From an uncultured delta proteobacterium (GTDB taxonomy: Bacteria; Myxococcota_A; UBA9160; UBA6930), in assembly GCA_963716275.1 (NCBI GenBank), contig CAVQTC010000011.1, positions 24,901 through 88,900 on the forward strand: a stretch of 64,000 nucleotides of DNA, written 5' to 3'. Below the pieces are notes generated by a model. The model did no database searches. It was not told the origin of the DNA and saw nothing but the letters and a program-made list of their open reading frames with translations. Below, in pieces: positions 45,061 to 53,417 of this stretch. Position numbers and translations under genes: made by a program. Each line of letters opens with the position of its first letter. The first letter of the stretch is position 1.

Positions 45061-45729
45061 TTGCTGAAGCAAGCGCCCCCCACTGATCCGTCTTCCGTTC
45101 CGTCGCGCCAAAACGAAACATCGTCTCGCCGCGCAGCGCCGGCGCGAGCGACCCGCCGACGCAATGTCGCGTGGGAGAGCGACGCCGAGCTCGTCTCGCA
45201 GATCCTCGCGGGTAGCCGCGAGCATTTCGAGATGCTCTACGAGGCCTATTTCCCACGCGTGTTCCGCTTTGCGCTGAAGCGCTTGCGCGATGCGGGCGAG
45301 GCCGAAGACGTCACGCAGGAAGTTTTTGTGACGGTGTTTCGGGCTCTGCGCAGCTATCAGGGAAACTCGAGCCTCTTGGTCTGGATCTTCGGCATCGCCC
45401 GCAACAAGGTCAACCGCCGTTTCCGCGGCCCGCGCCCGTGGCTCGAGTCGATCGATCCGGAGACCTTCCATGCCGCGTCGAACGAAGCGCCTGCGGACGA
45501 GACCGTGCAGGCTCGCATGCTGCTCGAGCAGTGCGAGCACGCGATCGAGAATCGGCTCACGCCGCTGCAGCGCCGCATCTTCCATCTAAAGCATCTGCGC
45601 CGGCAATCGATCCGCGCGATCGCGCAGTCGCTCGGCAAGTCCGAGGACGCGGTGAAGGCCAACCTCTACCGCATGCGCCGCGCGATCGCGGAGGCGGCCC
45701 CGGGCCTCGAGCAGGTGCTGCGCGCCTAG
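45061..45729 (+). CDS. ECF RNA polymerase sigma factor (start uncertain)
   Basis: Region 2 EAEDVTQEVF...WIFGIARN; region 4 IAQSLGKSEDAVKANLYRMRR. Confidence 0.88.
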   Translation: MLKQAPPTDPSSVPSRQNETSSRRAAPARATRRRNVAWESDAELVSQILAGSREHFEMLYEAYFPRVFRFALKRLRDAGEAEDVTQEVFVTVFRALRSYQGNSSLLVWIFGIARNKVNRRFRGPRPWLESIDPETFHAASNEAPADETVQARMLLEQCEHAIENRLTPLQRRIFHLKHLRRQSIRAIAQSLGKSEDAVKANLYRMRRAIAEAAPGLEQVLRA

Positions 45730-45793
45730 CGCGATCCCGCTCCGAGGCCGCTGAATCCTGCGGGGCAGCTCCGTCGCTGCCGCAGGCGGCGGC

Positions 45794-45822
45794 TTGACAC
45801 AATTTCGCCAGGCCCCGAAAGT
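45794..45822 (+). promoter_or_regulatory. Possible sigma70-type promoter for the second ECF gene
   Basis: Perfect TTGACA, 17 nt, weak -10 GAAAGT. Confidence 0.3.
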
Positions 45823-45922
45823 TCACGCGGCCTGCACGCTTTCCCCGCCACTTCTGCGCTGCGCTGACCACTATCTGGCCGGGACTCGCGCCAGGGACGT
45901 GCAGGCCCCGGGGGGTGGAAGT

Positions 45923-46570
45923 GTGGTAGCTCGGAAGGCCGAGCCCCGACTGCGCCGTGAGCACGCGAGGCGCCGCGACCCGAACGACGTCCAGGCCGCC
46001 GAGTCCGACGAGGTCCTGCTCTCCCACGTTCAGCGCGGGAGCGAGGCCGACTTCAACGCGCTCTACGCGCGCTACTTCGCGCGCATCTACGGCTTCGTGC
46101 GGCTGCGCGTAGGCGATCGCTCGGATGCCGAGGAGCTGACCCAGGAGGTCTTCGCCTCGGTCTTCCGCTCGTCGGGGGGCTTCAACGCGCGCTCGAGCGT
46201 CCTTTCCTGGATCTACGGCGTTGCGCGCAACACCGTCCTGAGTCACCTCCGCCGCAAGCACACCCAGCGCGAGCGCCTGGACCGCTTCACCCCCGAGCTC
46301 GCCGCCTCGAGCCCTCGCACCTTCACCCCCGAGGAGCAGGTGCGCGGCGATCGCTTCGCGCTCGAGCTCGAGCGGCGCATCGGGCAGCTCGCCCCGTGGC
46401 AGCTCGACGCGTTCCGTTTGCGCCACGTGGAAAATCTTCCCATCGAGGAGATCTCGCGCCGCACGTCGCACTCGGCGGACGCCGTCCGCTCGGGCCTTTA
46501 CCGCGCGAAACGCCTCCTACTCGATGGTCTCTCGCCGGACGGTACGAGCGCCCGGGAGGACGACGCGTGA
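45923..46570 (+). CDS. ECF RNA polymerase sigma factor (paralog of the upstream one)
   Basis: DAEELTQEVF...WIYGVARN; IEEISRRTSHSADAVRSGLYRAKR. Confidence 0.88.
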   Translation: MVARKAEPRLRREHARRRDPNDVQAAESDEVLLSHVQRGSEADFNALYARYFARIYGFVRLRVGDRSDAEELTQEVFASVFRSSGGFNARSSVLSWIYGVARNTVLSHLRRKHTQRERLDRFTPELAASSPRTFTPEEQVRGDRFALELERRIGQLAPWQLDAFRLRHVENLPIEEISRRTSHSADAVRSGLYRAKRLLLDGLSPDGTSAREDDA

Positions 46571-46836
46571 AGTGGTTGCTCTTCGAGCGCTTGGGCCGGC
46601 GCCTCTCGCGCTTTGCGGGGCGCCCGCCGGCTGCGGCGGGCTCGCCGGCCCGCGCGGAGCGCGGGCAGCGGATGCCCCCGGAAGTCGCCGCCGAGTTCAC
46701 CACCGAGGAGCTCGCGGAGTTCCTCGAAGGCGACGTCCATCCCAGCGATGCCCGGCCGGAGTTCCGCGACAAGCTTCGGCGCGAGCTCTGGGAGATGGTC
46801 CAGGATCTGTACGGGCACAAGGTAGGTCGCGACTGA
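46567..46836 (+). CDS. Small hypothetical protein (possible soluble anti-sigma)
   Basis: GTGA overlap with ECF2; helical EELAEFL...ARPEFRDKLRRELW segment. Confidence 0.5.
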   Translation: MKWLLFERLGRRLSRFAGRPPAAAGSPARAERGQRMPPEVAAEFTTEELAEFLEGDVHPSDARPEFRDKLRRELWEMVQDLYGHKVGRD

Positions 46837-47465
46837 CCGCCGGCTCGGCGCCCGATAGCTGGCAGCCTCCGACCCGGGCCGAGCTCGCCCGCTCGCCGCG
46901 GCGTCTCTTGAGTCAGGGCCGGCTCGCCAAGCCCGACGTCCTCTTGATCTCGCACGCGGGCCGCGACGTGGTCGTGAAGGACTTCGCGGCGCGCTCGGCC
47001 TGGCTCCGCGCCACGCTCGGGCGGCTCTTCGCGCGGCGCGAGGCGCGCGCCTGGGCAGCCCTCTCGGGCCACGCGGCGGTGCCGCGCTATCTCGGTGCGA
47101 TCGACGCGCTCGCCTTCGCGGTCGAGTACCGACCGGGCCGCGCGCTGACCCAGCGGCTGGCGCCGTTCGTATCCGGCGCGTTCGTCGATCAGCTCGACCG
47201 GGCCATCGCCGAGATGCACGCGCGCGGGGTCGTGCACCTCGACCTGCGCCACCGCAGCAACGTGCTGCTCGGCGACGACGGCTCGCCGGTGCTGATCGAT
47301 TTCGGCTCGGCGCTGGTCGCGCCGCCGGGGAGCCGGCGCGCGCGCGCGACTCGCAGGCTGCTCGGCTGGATCGACCGCTCGGCGCTCGCGAAGTGGCGCG
47401 CCTACGCCTCGCCGGGAGCGGGCACGCGCTCGGCAGGCTCGCGAGGCGCGAGCCGCCCGATGTAG
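46833..47465 (+). CDS. RIO1/Kdo-like protein kinase-fold protein (start uncertain)
   Basis: VVKDF, REARAW, HARGVVHLDL..SNVLL, LIDFG. Confidence 0.72.
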   Translation: MTAGSAPDSWQPPTRAELARSPRRLLSQGRLAKPDVLLISHAGRDVVVKDFAARSAWLRATLGRLFARREARAWAALSGHAAVPRYLGAIDALAFAVEYRPGRALTQRLAPFVSGAFVDQLDRAIAEMHARGVVHLDLRHRSNVLLGDDGSPVLIDFGSALVAPPGSRRARATRRLLGWIDRSALAKWRAYASPGAGTRSAGSRGASRPM

Positions 47466-47992
47466 TGGCGGAAGGTCTCGAGCGTGAGCCGCGCGTCGGC
47501 GAGCGCTCGGTGCGCGACCTGGTTCTGCACCAGCCCGGCCCGCGTCGCCGACTGGCGCAGCGAGAGCGCCTCGACCTTCTCGCCGGACACGAGCGACCAC
47601 GCGTAGAAGAGCGTCGCGAGATCGATCACGTGATAGTCGAAGGGGAAGGGCAGGGCGCAGCTCTTGTACGCCCGCTCGAGGAAGGCGACGTCCATGCGGA
47701 CGTTCTGTCCGGCCGGCACGACCTTCGGCCCCTTGGGCAGCAGGGCGGCGAGCTCCGTCAGCGCCTGGCGCACCGGCACCGCCTCGGCCGCCCACAGCGC
47801 GGCGTCGTAGCCGGAGATCTCGATCGACTCCTGGGTGATGCGCTCGGGCCGCGCGATCACCTTCCACTCTCGCGTCGCGAGCTCCGCCAGCCGCTCGTCG
47901 GTCACGATCACGCCGATCTCGGTGATGTCGTGAAGCTCGGGGTCGAGGCCGCCGAACTCGCAGTCGAGAAAGGCAAAGGCGAAGTCGGTCAT
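47402..47992 (-). CDS. DEDDh 3'-5' exonuclease (oligoribonuclease/DnaQ-like); alternative start at 48064
   Basis: LDCEFGGLD...ITEIG, GQNVRMDVAFL, HRALAD. Confidence 0.85.
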   Translation of the reverse strand: MTDFAFAFLDCEFGGLDPELHDITEIGVIVTDERLAELATREWKVIARPERITQESIEISGYDAALWAAEAVPVRQALTELAALLPKGPKVVPAGQNVRMDVAFLERAYKSCALPFPFDYHVIDLATLFYAWSLVSGEKVEALSLRQSATRAGLVQNQVAHRALADARLTLETFRHYIGRLAPREPAERVPAPGEA

Positions 47993-48065
47993 GGTCGTCG
48001 CCACCCGCCAGATCGCCCTCGCCTGTTCCAGAGAGGGGTGAAAGGCAAAGGCGAAGTCGGTCATG
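47968..48065. repeat. 26-bp exact direct repeat, 72-bp period
   Basis: gaaaggcaaaggcgaagtcggtcatg at 47968-47993 and 48040-48065. Confidence 0.9.
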
Positions 48066-48069
48066 AAGC

Positions 48070-48145
48070 TGGCGCTCCCTACGGGAGTCGAACCCGTGTT
48101 TCGGCCTTGAGAGGGCCACGTCCTAGGCCACTAGACGAAGGGAGC
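48070..48145 (-). tRNA. tRNA-Glu (CTC)
   Basis: GCTCCCT/AGGGAGC acceptor stem, anticodon loop CTCTCAA, GGTTCGACTCC T-arm, encoded CCA. Confidence 0.96.
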
Positions 48146-48356
48146 GAGGGCCGCGCACCCTAGCCGGTCTCTCCGCAGTTCGTCCACATCGGCGCGGGCC
48201 GCCCGCGGTGACGATTTTGGGCGCTCGCCAGCCCGGGCTCGTCACCCGAGAGCGTCGCGAGCTCTCGCGTCTCGCGTTAGGGCGCCGGCCGCGATTGCGC
48301 GCGGCGCCGTCAAGTTCGGCCCAGCGCTTGCCGATGGCATGCGTGCGCCCGAGGCG

Positions 48357-48373
48357 TTGGCACATCGGTTGCT
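48357..48373 (+). promoter_or_regulatory. Sigma54 promoter of pilA
   Basis: TTGGCAC-ATCGG-TTGCT consensus about 90 bp upstream of the pilin start. Confidence 0.85.
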
Positions 48374-48463
48374 GAATGCCGGGCCAACGCCAATCCGGGC
48401 GAAGCCGCCCACAGGGCATGTTGCCGTGTGGAGGTTGCTCGGACCAAGGGAGAACGAGACGAA

Positions 48464-49021
48464 ATGCGCAAGCTTCTCACGCGCAAGGGCGGCTTCACGC
48501 TCATCGAGTTGATGATCGTGGTCGCCATCATCGGGATTCTCGCGGCCATCGCGATCCCGAACTTCCTGATGTTCCAGCTCCGCAGCAAGACGGGTGAGGC
48601 GAAGACCAACCTCGCCGCGATCCGCACGGCCGAGGAAGGCTACTTCGCCGAGTTCGGCCGCTACATCGGCACGCCGGCGGCGCTGCCCGCCGGTGGTGCG
48701 CAGACGACCAAGACGAACTGGCCCGCGGTGGCGGCCGGCTTCGACACGGTCGGCTGGGCGCCCGAGGGTGAGGTGTACTTCATGTACGGCGTCACCATCA
48801 ACGGTGCCTCGACGTCGTACACGGCGGACGCCCTCGCCGACCTCGATGGCGACGGCCAGACGTCGGACTTCGGCTACGTCCACCCGATTCCGGGCGCCGC
48901 GGCCGGTCTCGGCGGCATGCAGGGCGCGTGCGCGGGTACCGGCGTGTTCGACGGCGCCGCCGCCACGCTGCTGAACTCGGTCGGTCCGTGCGCGCAGGCG
49001 GACGGCCAGAGCGACTTCTAA
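48464..49021 (+). CDS. pilA: Type IVa major pilin
   Basis: Prepilin site KGG|FTLIELMIVVAIIGILAAIAIPNF; DLDGD motif; C-terminal Cys pair. Confidence 0.92.
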   Translation: MRKLLTRKGGFTLIELMIVVAIIGILAAIAIPNFLMFQLRSKTGEAKTNLAAIRTAEEGYFAEFGRYIGTPAALPAGGAQTTKTNWPAVAAGFDTVGWAPEGEVYFMYGVTINGASTSYTADALADLDGDGQTSDFGYVHPIPGAAAGLGGMQGACAGTGVFDGAAATLLNSVGPCAQADGQSDF

Positions 49022-49035
49022 GCGCTCTCGATCTC

Positions 49036-49064
49036 GGGAGGGCCGGACGATCTCCGGCCCTCCC
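49036..49064 (+). terminator. Hairpin or terminator after pilA
   Basis: gggagggccgga-cgatc-tccggccctccc; weak U-tract. Confidence 0.6.
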
Positions 49065-49118
49065 ACACCCTTTCACCTTCTCCCCGAATCCCAAGCCCAG
49101 CCAACAGGAACCCAAATC

Positions 49119-49675
49119 ATGGAACGCGCGACCAAGCGACAGGACGGGTTCACGCTGATCGAGCTCATGATCACGGTGGCCATCATCGGGATCCTCGCGT
49201 CCACCGCGTTGACGCTCTTCGTCAGCCAGCAGATGCGCTCGAAGCGCACCGAGGCGATGACCAACGTCGAGTCCCTGGCGAAGATGGCGAAGGGATATTT
49301 CGGCGAGCAGGGCTTCTATCCGAGCGTGGCCGGCTACTGGCCCGCTCCGATTCCGAACGCCAAGCCGATTCCTTGGGACAATGCCTCCTCGGCGTTTCGG
49401 CGCGATCGGCTTCCGCGCCGAGGGCGCGGTCCGCTACCGCTACGACCTCGATGGCCGCACGGACTGCGGCTGCCCGGATTGCTTCACCGCGGCGGCCTTC
49501 GGCGACCTCGACGGCGACGCCGTTTCCGTCCGTGGTCGGCTACTTCCATCCGCCCGCGGTAGGCCCCGTCTGCGTCACCAGCATCGGCGCCTACGGCCCC
49601 GATCCGCCGCGGCGCTGGCTTCGTCCTCGACGAGACGCACGCACTGGTCCGAACCCCCTCGCGGACGACTACTGA
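49119..49675 (+). CDS. Second type IV pilin (apparent frameshifts near 49392 and 49525)
   Basis: QDG|FTLIELMITVAIIGILA; IGFRAEGAVRYRY and AFGDLDGD in a shifted frame. Confidence 0.78.
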
Positions 49676-49712
49676 TCCCAGGCCGATGCCCGCGCGCACT
49701 TTCGAGGGGGAG

Positions 49713-50622
49713 ATGCGCAGGATTCTTCAGCGCCTAGCGCTCGCAGTCGTCGCAGTCACCGGCATCGCGGCCGCTGGCTCTCGCGTTCCGGATCGGCCGC
49801 TCGCGAGCGACGACGAGGCCTTCGTGCCCGACCCGCAGCTCGCGAAGCTGCTCGCGGCCGGCTTCGAGGCAGCGCTCGCGGACCTGCACTGGATGCGCGC
49901 CGTGCAGGTGGTCGGGAGCGAGGCGGGCCCGGTGGGCCGCAATCGCCTGCTGGGTGCGCTGGTCGACGTGGTGACGACCCTCGATCCCTGGGTCGACCAC
50001 CCGTACCGGTTCGCCGCCGTCTGGCTGACCGACGACGAGGGCGCGGTGCGCAAGGCCGACGAGATTCTGCGGCGCGGGATCGCCCACCACCCGGACGACT
50101 GGCGCCTCCACTTCTATCTCGCCTTCAACCAGTTCTTCTACCTGGGCGAGTGGCAGGCGGCGGCCGCCGCGCTCGAGCCGGCGATCGCGCTTCCCGAAGC
50201 GCCGGCCTATCTCCCGCGCCTGCTCGCGCGCCTCAAGACCGAGACCGGCGGGCTCGCCGCCTCGGCGGCCTTCCTGCACGAGATGGCGGAGCAGGCCCCC
50301 GACGCGTACAGGCGCGCCGAGTACGAGAAGGCGCTCGACGAGGTCGAGACCGAGCAGCGCGCGCGCTACCTGGACGCTGCGCGCGCCGAGTACCTCCACC
50401 GCTTCGGGCGCGACATCGAGCGCGTCTCGGATCTGCGTGGACCGGGGCGTGCTCCGCGAGCTCCCGCGCGAGCCGAACGGCTGGGAGTGGGAGCTCTCGC
50501 CGGAGACCCGCGAGATCGTCTCCAGCTACGTGAAGTTCCGCTACCGCGTGAAGATCGACGCAATGAACCGACAGCTGCTCGAGCGCTTCCGGGAGCGCTC
50601 GCACGCCGGGGGCCACGGCTGA
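49713..50622 (+). CDS. PilG/XapA-like pilus accessory protein (frameshift near 50432)
   Basis: ALADLHWMRAVQ...VTTLDP...Y.FAA; TPR-like segment; lies between the pilins and the ABC genes. Confidence 0.72.
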
Positions 50623-51574
50623 TGCAGGACCAAGAGGTGCTGGTACGGGTCGAAGCGCTGGTGAAGGACTTCCGCCCGGGTTTCGGGCTGCGCAAGAAGC
50701 GCGTGTTGCACGGCATCGACTTCGAGGTGCGCCGCGGCGAGATCTTCGGCTTCATCGGCCCGAACGGCGCCGGCAAGACCACGACGCTGAAGATCCTGTT
50801 GGGCCTGATCCGCGCGAGCGCGGGCCGCGCGAGCGTGCTCGGCCACGACGTGCGCGAGACCGAGTTTCGCCGCCACGTGGGCTTCTCGCCGGAGAGCCCC
50901 TACTTCTACGACTTCCTGACCGGCGCCGAGACCGTGGACTTCTACGCGCGCCTTTGTGGCGTGCCGCCCGGCGAGCGCCCAGCGCGCGTCGCCAGGGTGC
51001 TCGACCAGGTCGGCCTCGCCTACGCCGCGGGGGCCCGCCTGCGCACCTACTCGAAGGGCATGCTGCAGCGCATCGGAGTCGCGCAGGCCATCGTGCACGA
51101 TCCGAGCGTGGTCTTCCTCGACGAGCCGATGAGCGGGCTCGATCCGGTCGGGCGCAAGGAGATCCGCGACCTGATCGTGCGCCTGAACGGCGACGGCAAG
51201 ACGATCTTCATGAACACGCACATCCTGGCCGACGTGGAGATGATCTGCGATCGCGTGGCGATCATCGTGGACGGGCGCATCGCCTATCAGGGCGTGCTGG
51301 CCGGAGCGCTCCGGCGGACATGCGCCACTTCGACGTGACCTTCTCCTCGCTCGCGCCGGAGTTCGCCGAGGAGGCCCCCTGCCGCTTCGGCGCCGAGCTC
51401 TCGGGCCGCGGCGACTGCGTCACGCTGCGCGTGGCGGAGAAGGAGGCGAGCGAGCTGATCCAGGCCGCCCTCGCGCGTGGCGCGCTGATCGAGGAGGTAT
51501 TGCCGGCGCGGGCGGGCCTCGAGGCGCTCTTCCTCGACGCGGTGGCCGGCAAGCTCCGGGAGGGCGCACGATGA
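50622..51574 (+). CDS. ABC transporter ATP-binding protein, PilH-like (frameshift near 51300)
   Basis: [31 protein letters not shown]. Confidence 0.88.
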
Positions 51575-52347
51575 GCTGGCGCAGCGCCGTCCTGGCGATC
51601 GCGGCGAACACGCTGCGCGACGCGATCCGCAGCCGGGTGCTCTACGTGCTGCTCTTCTTCGCGATCGTGATGATCGCGACCAGCGCGACGCTCGCGACGC
51701 TCTCCTACGTGGAGCGCGAGCGCATCCTGCAGGACGTGGGCTTCGCCGCGATCCGCTTCTTCGGCGCCGCGATCGCGATCTTCATGGGCGTGGGGCTGAT
51801 CCACCGCGAGGTCGATCGGCGCACGATCTACACGATCCTCTCCAAGCCGGTCTCGCGCAGCGCCTTCATCGCCGGCAAGTACGTGGGCTTCGTGGCCACG
51901 CTCTGGCTCCAGCTCGCGGTGATGTCGCTCTGCTTCGCGCTCGTCTCGCTCGCCGCCGGCGCACCGCTCGGCGTGGGCCATGCGATCGCGCTGGGGCTCA
52001 CCGCCCTCGAGCTCGCCGTGGTCGTGGCGCTGGCGACGCTCTTCTCCTCGTTCTCGAGCCCCTTCCTGGCGGGCTGCTACAGCCTGGGCCTCTACCTGGT
52101 CGGACATCTGACGCGCGACCTGCGCGCGCTCGGGGCCTCCTCGCAGTCGGAGCTGGCGCGCGAGATCACGCTCTGGCTGCACCGGCTGCTCCCCGACCTC
52201 GAAGCGTTCAACCGCACGATCGAGGCCGTGCACCAGCTGCCGATCCCGCCCCAGGAGGTGCTGTGGTCCGCGCTGATGGGCGTCTCCTGGTGCCTGGGCC
52301 TCTTGCTCGTCGCGGTCTTGACCTTCGAGCAGCGCGACTTCCGGTAG
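51571..52347 (+). CDS. ABC transporter permease, PilI-like
   Basis: IAANTLRDAIRSR, EVDRRTIYTILSKPVSR..F..GKY, multiple TM segments, FEQRDF end. Confidence 0.88.
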   Translation: MSWRSAVLAIAANTLRDAIRSRVLYVLLFFAIVMIATSATLATLSYVERERILQDVGFAAIRFFGAAIAIFMGVGLIHREVDRRTIYTILSKPVSRSAFIAGKYVGFVATLWLQLAVMSLCFALVSLAAGAPLGVGHAIALGLTALELAVVVALATLFSSFSSPFLAGCYSLGLYLVGHLTRDLRALGASSQSELAREITLWLHRLLPDLEAFNRTIEAVHQLPIPPQEVLWSALMGVSWCLGLLLVAVLTFEQRDFR

Positions 52348-52356
52348 CCTCGCGCG

Positions 52357-53223
52357 ATGGCGGCCAGCTCGGAGCTCGCGCTCACGCCGGTCGGGCTGGC
52401 CCTCGCGGGCGCCCTGGGGCTGGTGGTGGGCTCGTTCCTGAACGTCGTGATCCACCGCGTCCCGCGCGGCGAGTCGATCGTGACGCCGCGCTCGCGCTGC
52501 CCCGCCTGCCAGCGCCCGATCGCGGCGTGGCAGAACGTGCCCGTGCTCTCCTTCGTGTTTCTGCGCGGCCGCTGCGGCGGCTGCGGCGCCTCGATCTCCT
52601 GGCGCTATCCGCTCGTGGAGCTCGCGACGGGCGGCGTGTTCGTCGCCGTGGCGTTCGCGTACGGCGTGAGCGCGCTGACCCCGCTCTTCTGGCTCTTCGC
52701 CGCGGGCCTGATCGCCGCCGCCGGAATCGACGCGGACGAGCGCTGGATCCCCGACTCGATCTCGCTCGGCGGGCTCGCCCTCGGGCTCGCGCTCGTCCCG
52801 CTCGCGCGCTGGCAGGGCGGCGCGAGCTATCTCGACGCGCTCTCGAGCTCCGCGCTCGGCGCGGCGCTCGGCGGCGGCGCGCTCTGGTTGGTGGGCTTCC
52901 TGCACGCGCGGCTCTGCGACGCGCTGGGTCGGACCTTCGACCACTGGCCGGGGGAGGGCGTCCCGCGCCCGCGACCGAGCAGCCTCGACTACTGGACCTG
53001 GTTTCCCGGCATGGGCTTCGGCGACGTGAAGCTGATGGCCGCGGTGGGCGCCTTCGTCGGGCCCCTGGGCGCCCTCCATACGATCTTCCTGGCGGCGATC
53101 TTCGGGCTCGTGCTCGGCCTCGCTCCGCTCCTCGCGCGCCGCTCGCTGGCGGCGCCCTTCGGCCTGGGCCCCGCGATCGCGCTCGCGGCCGTGGTCGCCG
53201 CGGTGCTGCCGGCGCCTCTTTAG
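52357..53223 (+). CDS. pilD: Prepilin peptidase
   Basis: GSFLNVVIHRVP, SRCPAC, LRGRCGGC..SISWRYPLVE, GMGFGDVKL. Confidence 0.92.
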   Translation: MAASSELALTPVGLALAGALGLVVGSFLNVVIHRVPRGESIVTPRSRCPACQRPIAAWQNVPVLSFVFLRGRCGGCGASISWRYPLVELATGGVFVAVAFAYGVSALTPLFWLFAAGLIAAAGIDADERWIPDSISLGGLALGLALVPLARWQGGASYLDALSSSALGAALGGGALWLVGFLHARLCDALGRTFDHWPGEGVPRPRPSSLDYWTWFPGMGFGDVKLMAAVGAFVGPLGALHTIFLAAIFGLVLGLAPLLARRSLAAPFGLGPAIALAAVVAAVLPAPL

Positions 53224-53322
53224 GGGACGCTGGTTGACTACGTGTCAACTTGGGGACGCTGGTTGAAACGCGTGCGTTTCAACCAGCGTCCCCAAGTTGA
53301 CACTTAGTCAACCAGCGTCCCC
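53223..53322. repeat. GGGGACG-family palindromic element E4 (49-bp arms, 2-nt centre, nested inner copy)
   Basis: 53223-53271 versus 53274-53322, 1 mismatch; inner complete copy at 53252-53293. Confidence 0.94.
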
Positions 53323-53417
53323 GCTCAACCCGCTCGGGGGGCGCGCCGAAACGCACGGCAGTCGGGGAGGAGTTGCCCTTGCTGCGCGCACTTGGAGCGG
53401 GTGTCTGCCGGCGCACG

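Noticed and set aside
47968-48065. Repeat-spacer-repeat read as a mini CRISPR
   Set aside because: Only two units, non-palindromic, and the repeat is the coding start of the exonuclease
49686-51338. Apparent PilG-ABC ATPase fusion ORF
   Set aside because: The PilG-like tail is in another frame ending at TGA 50622, which overlaps the ATPase ATG; an indel artefact
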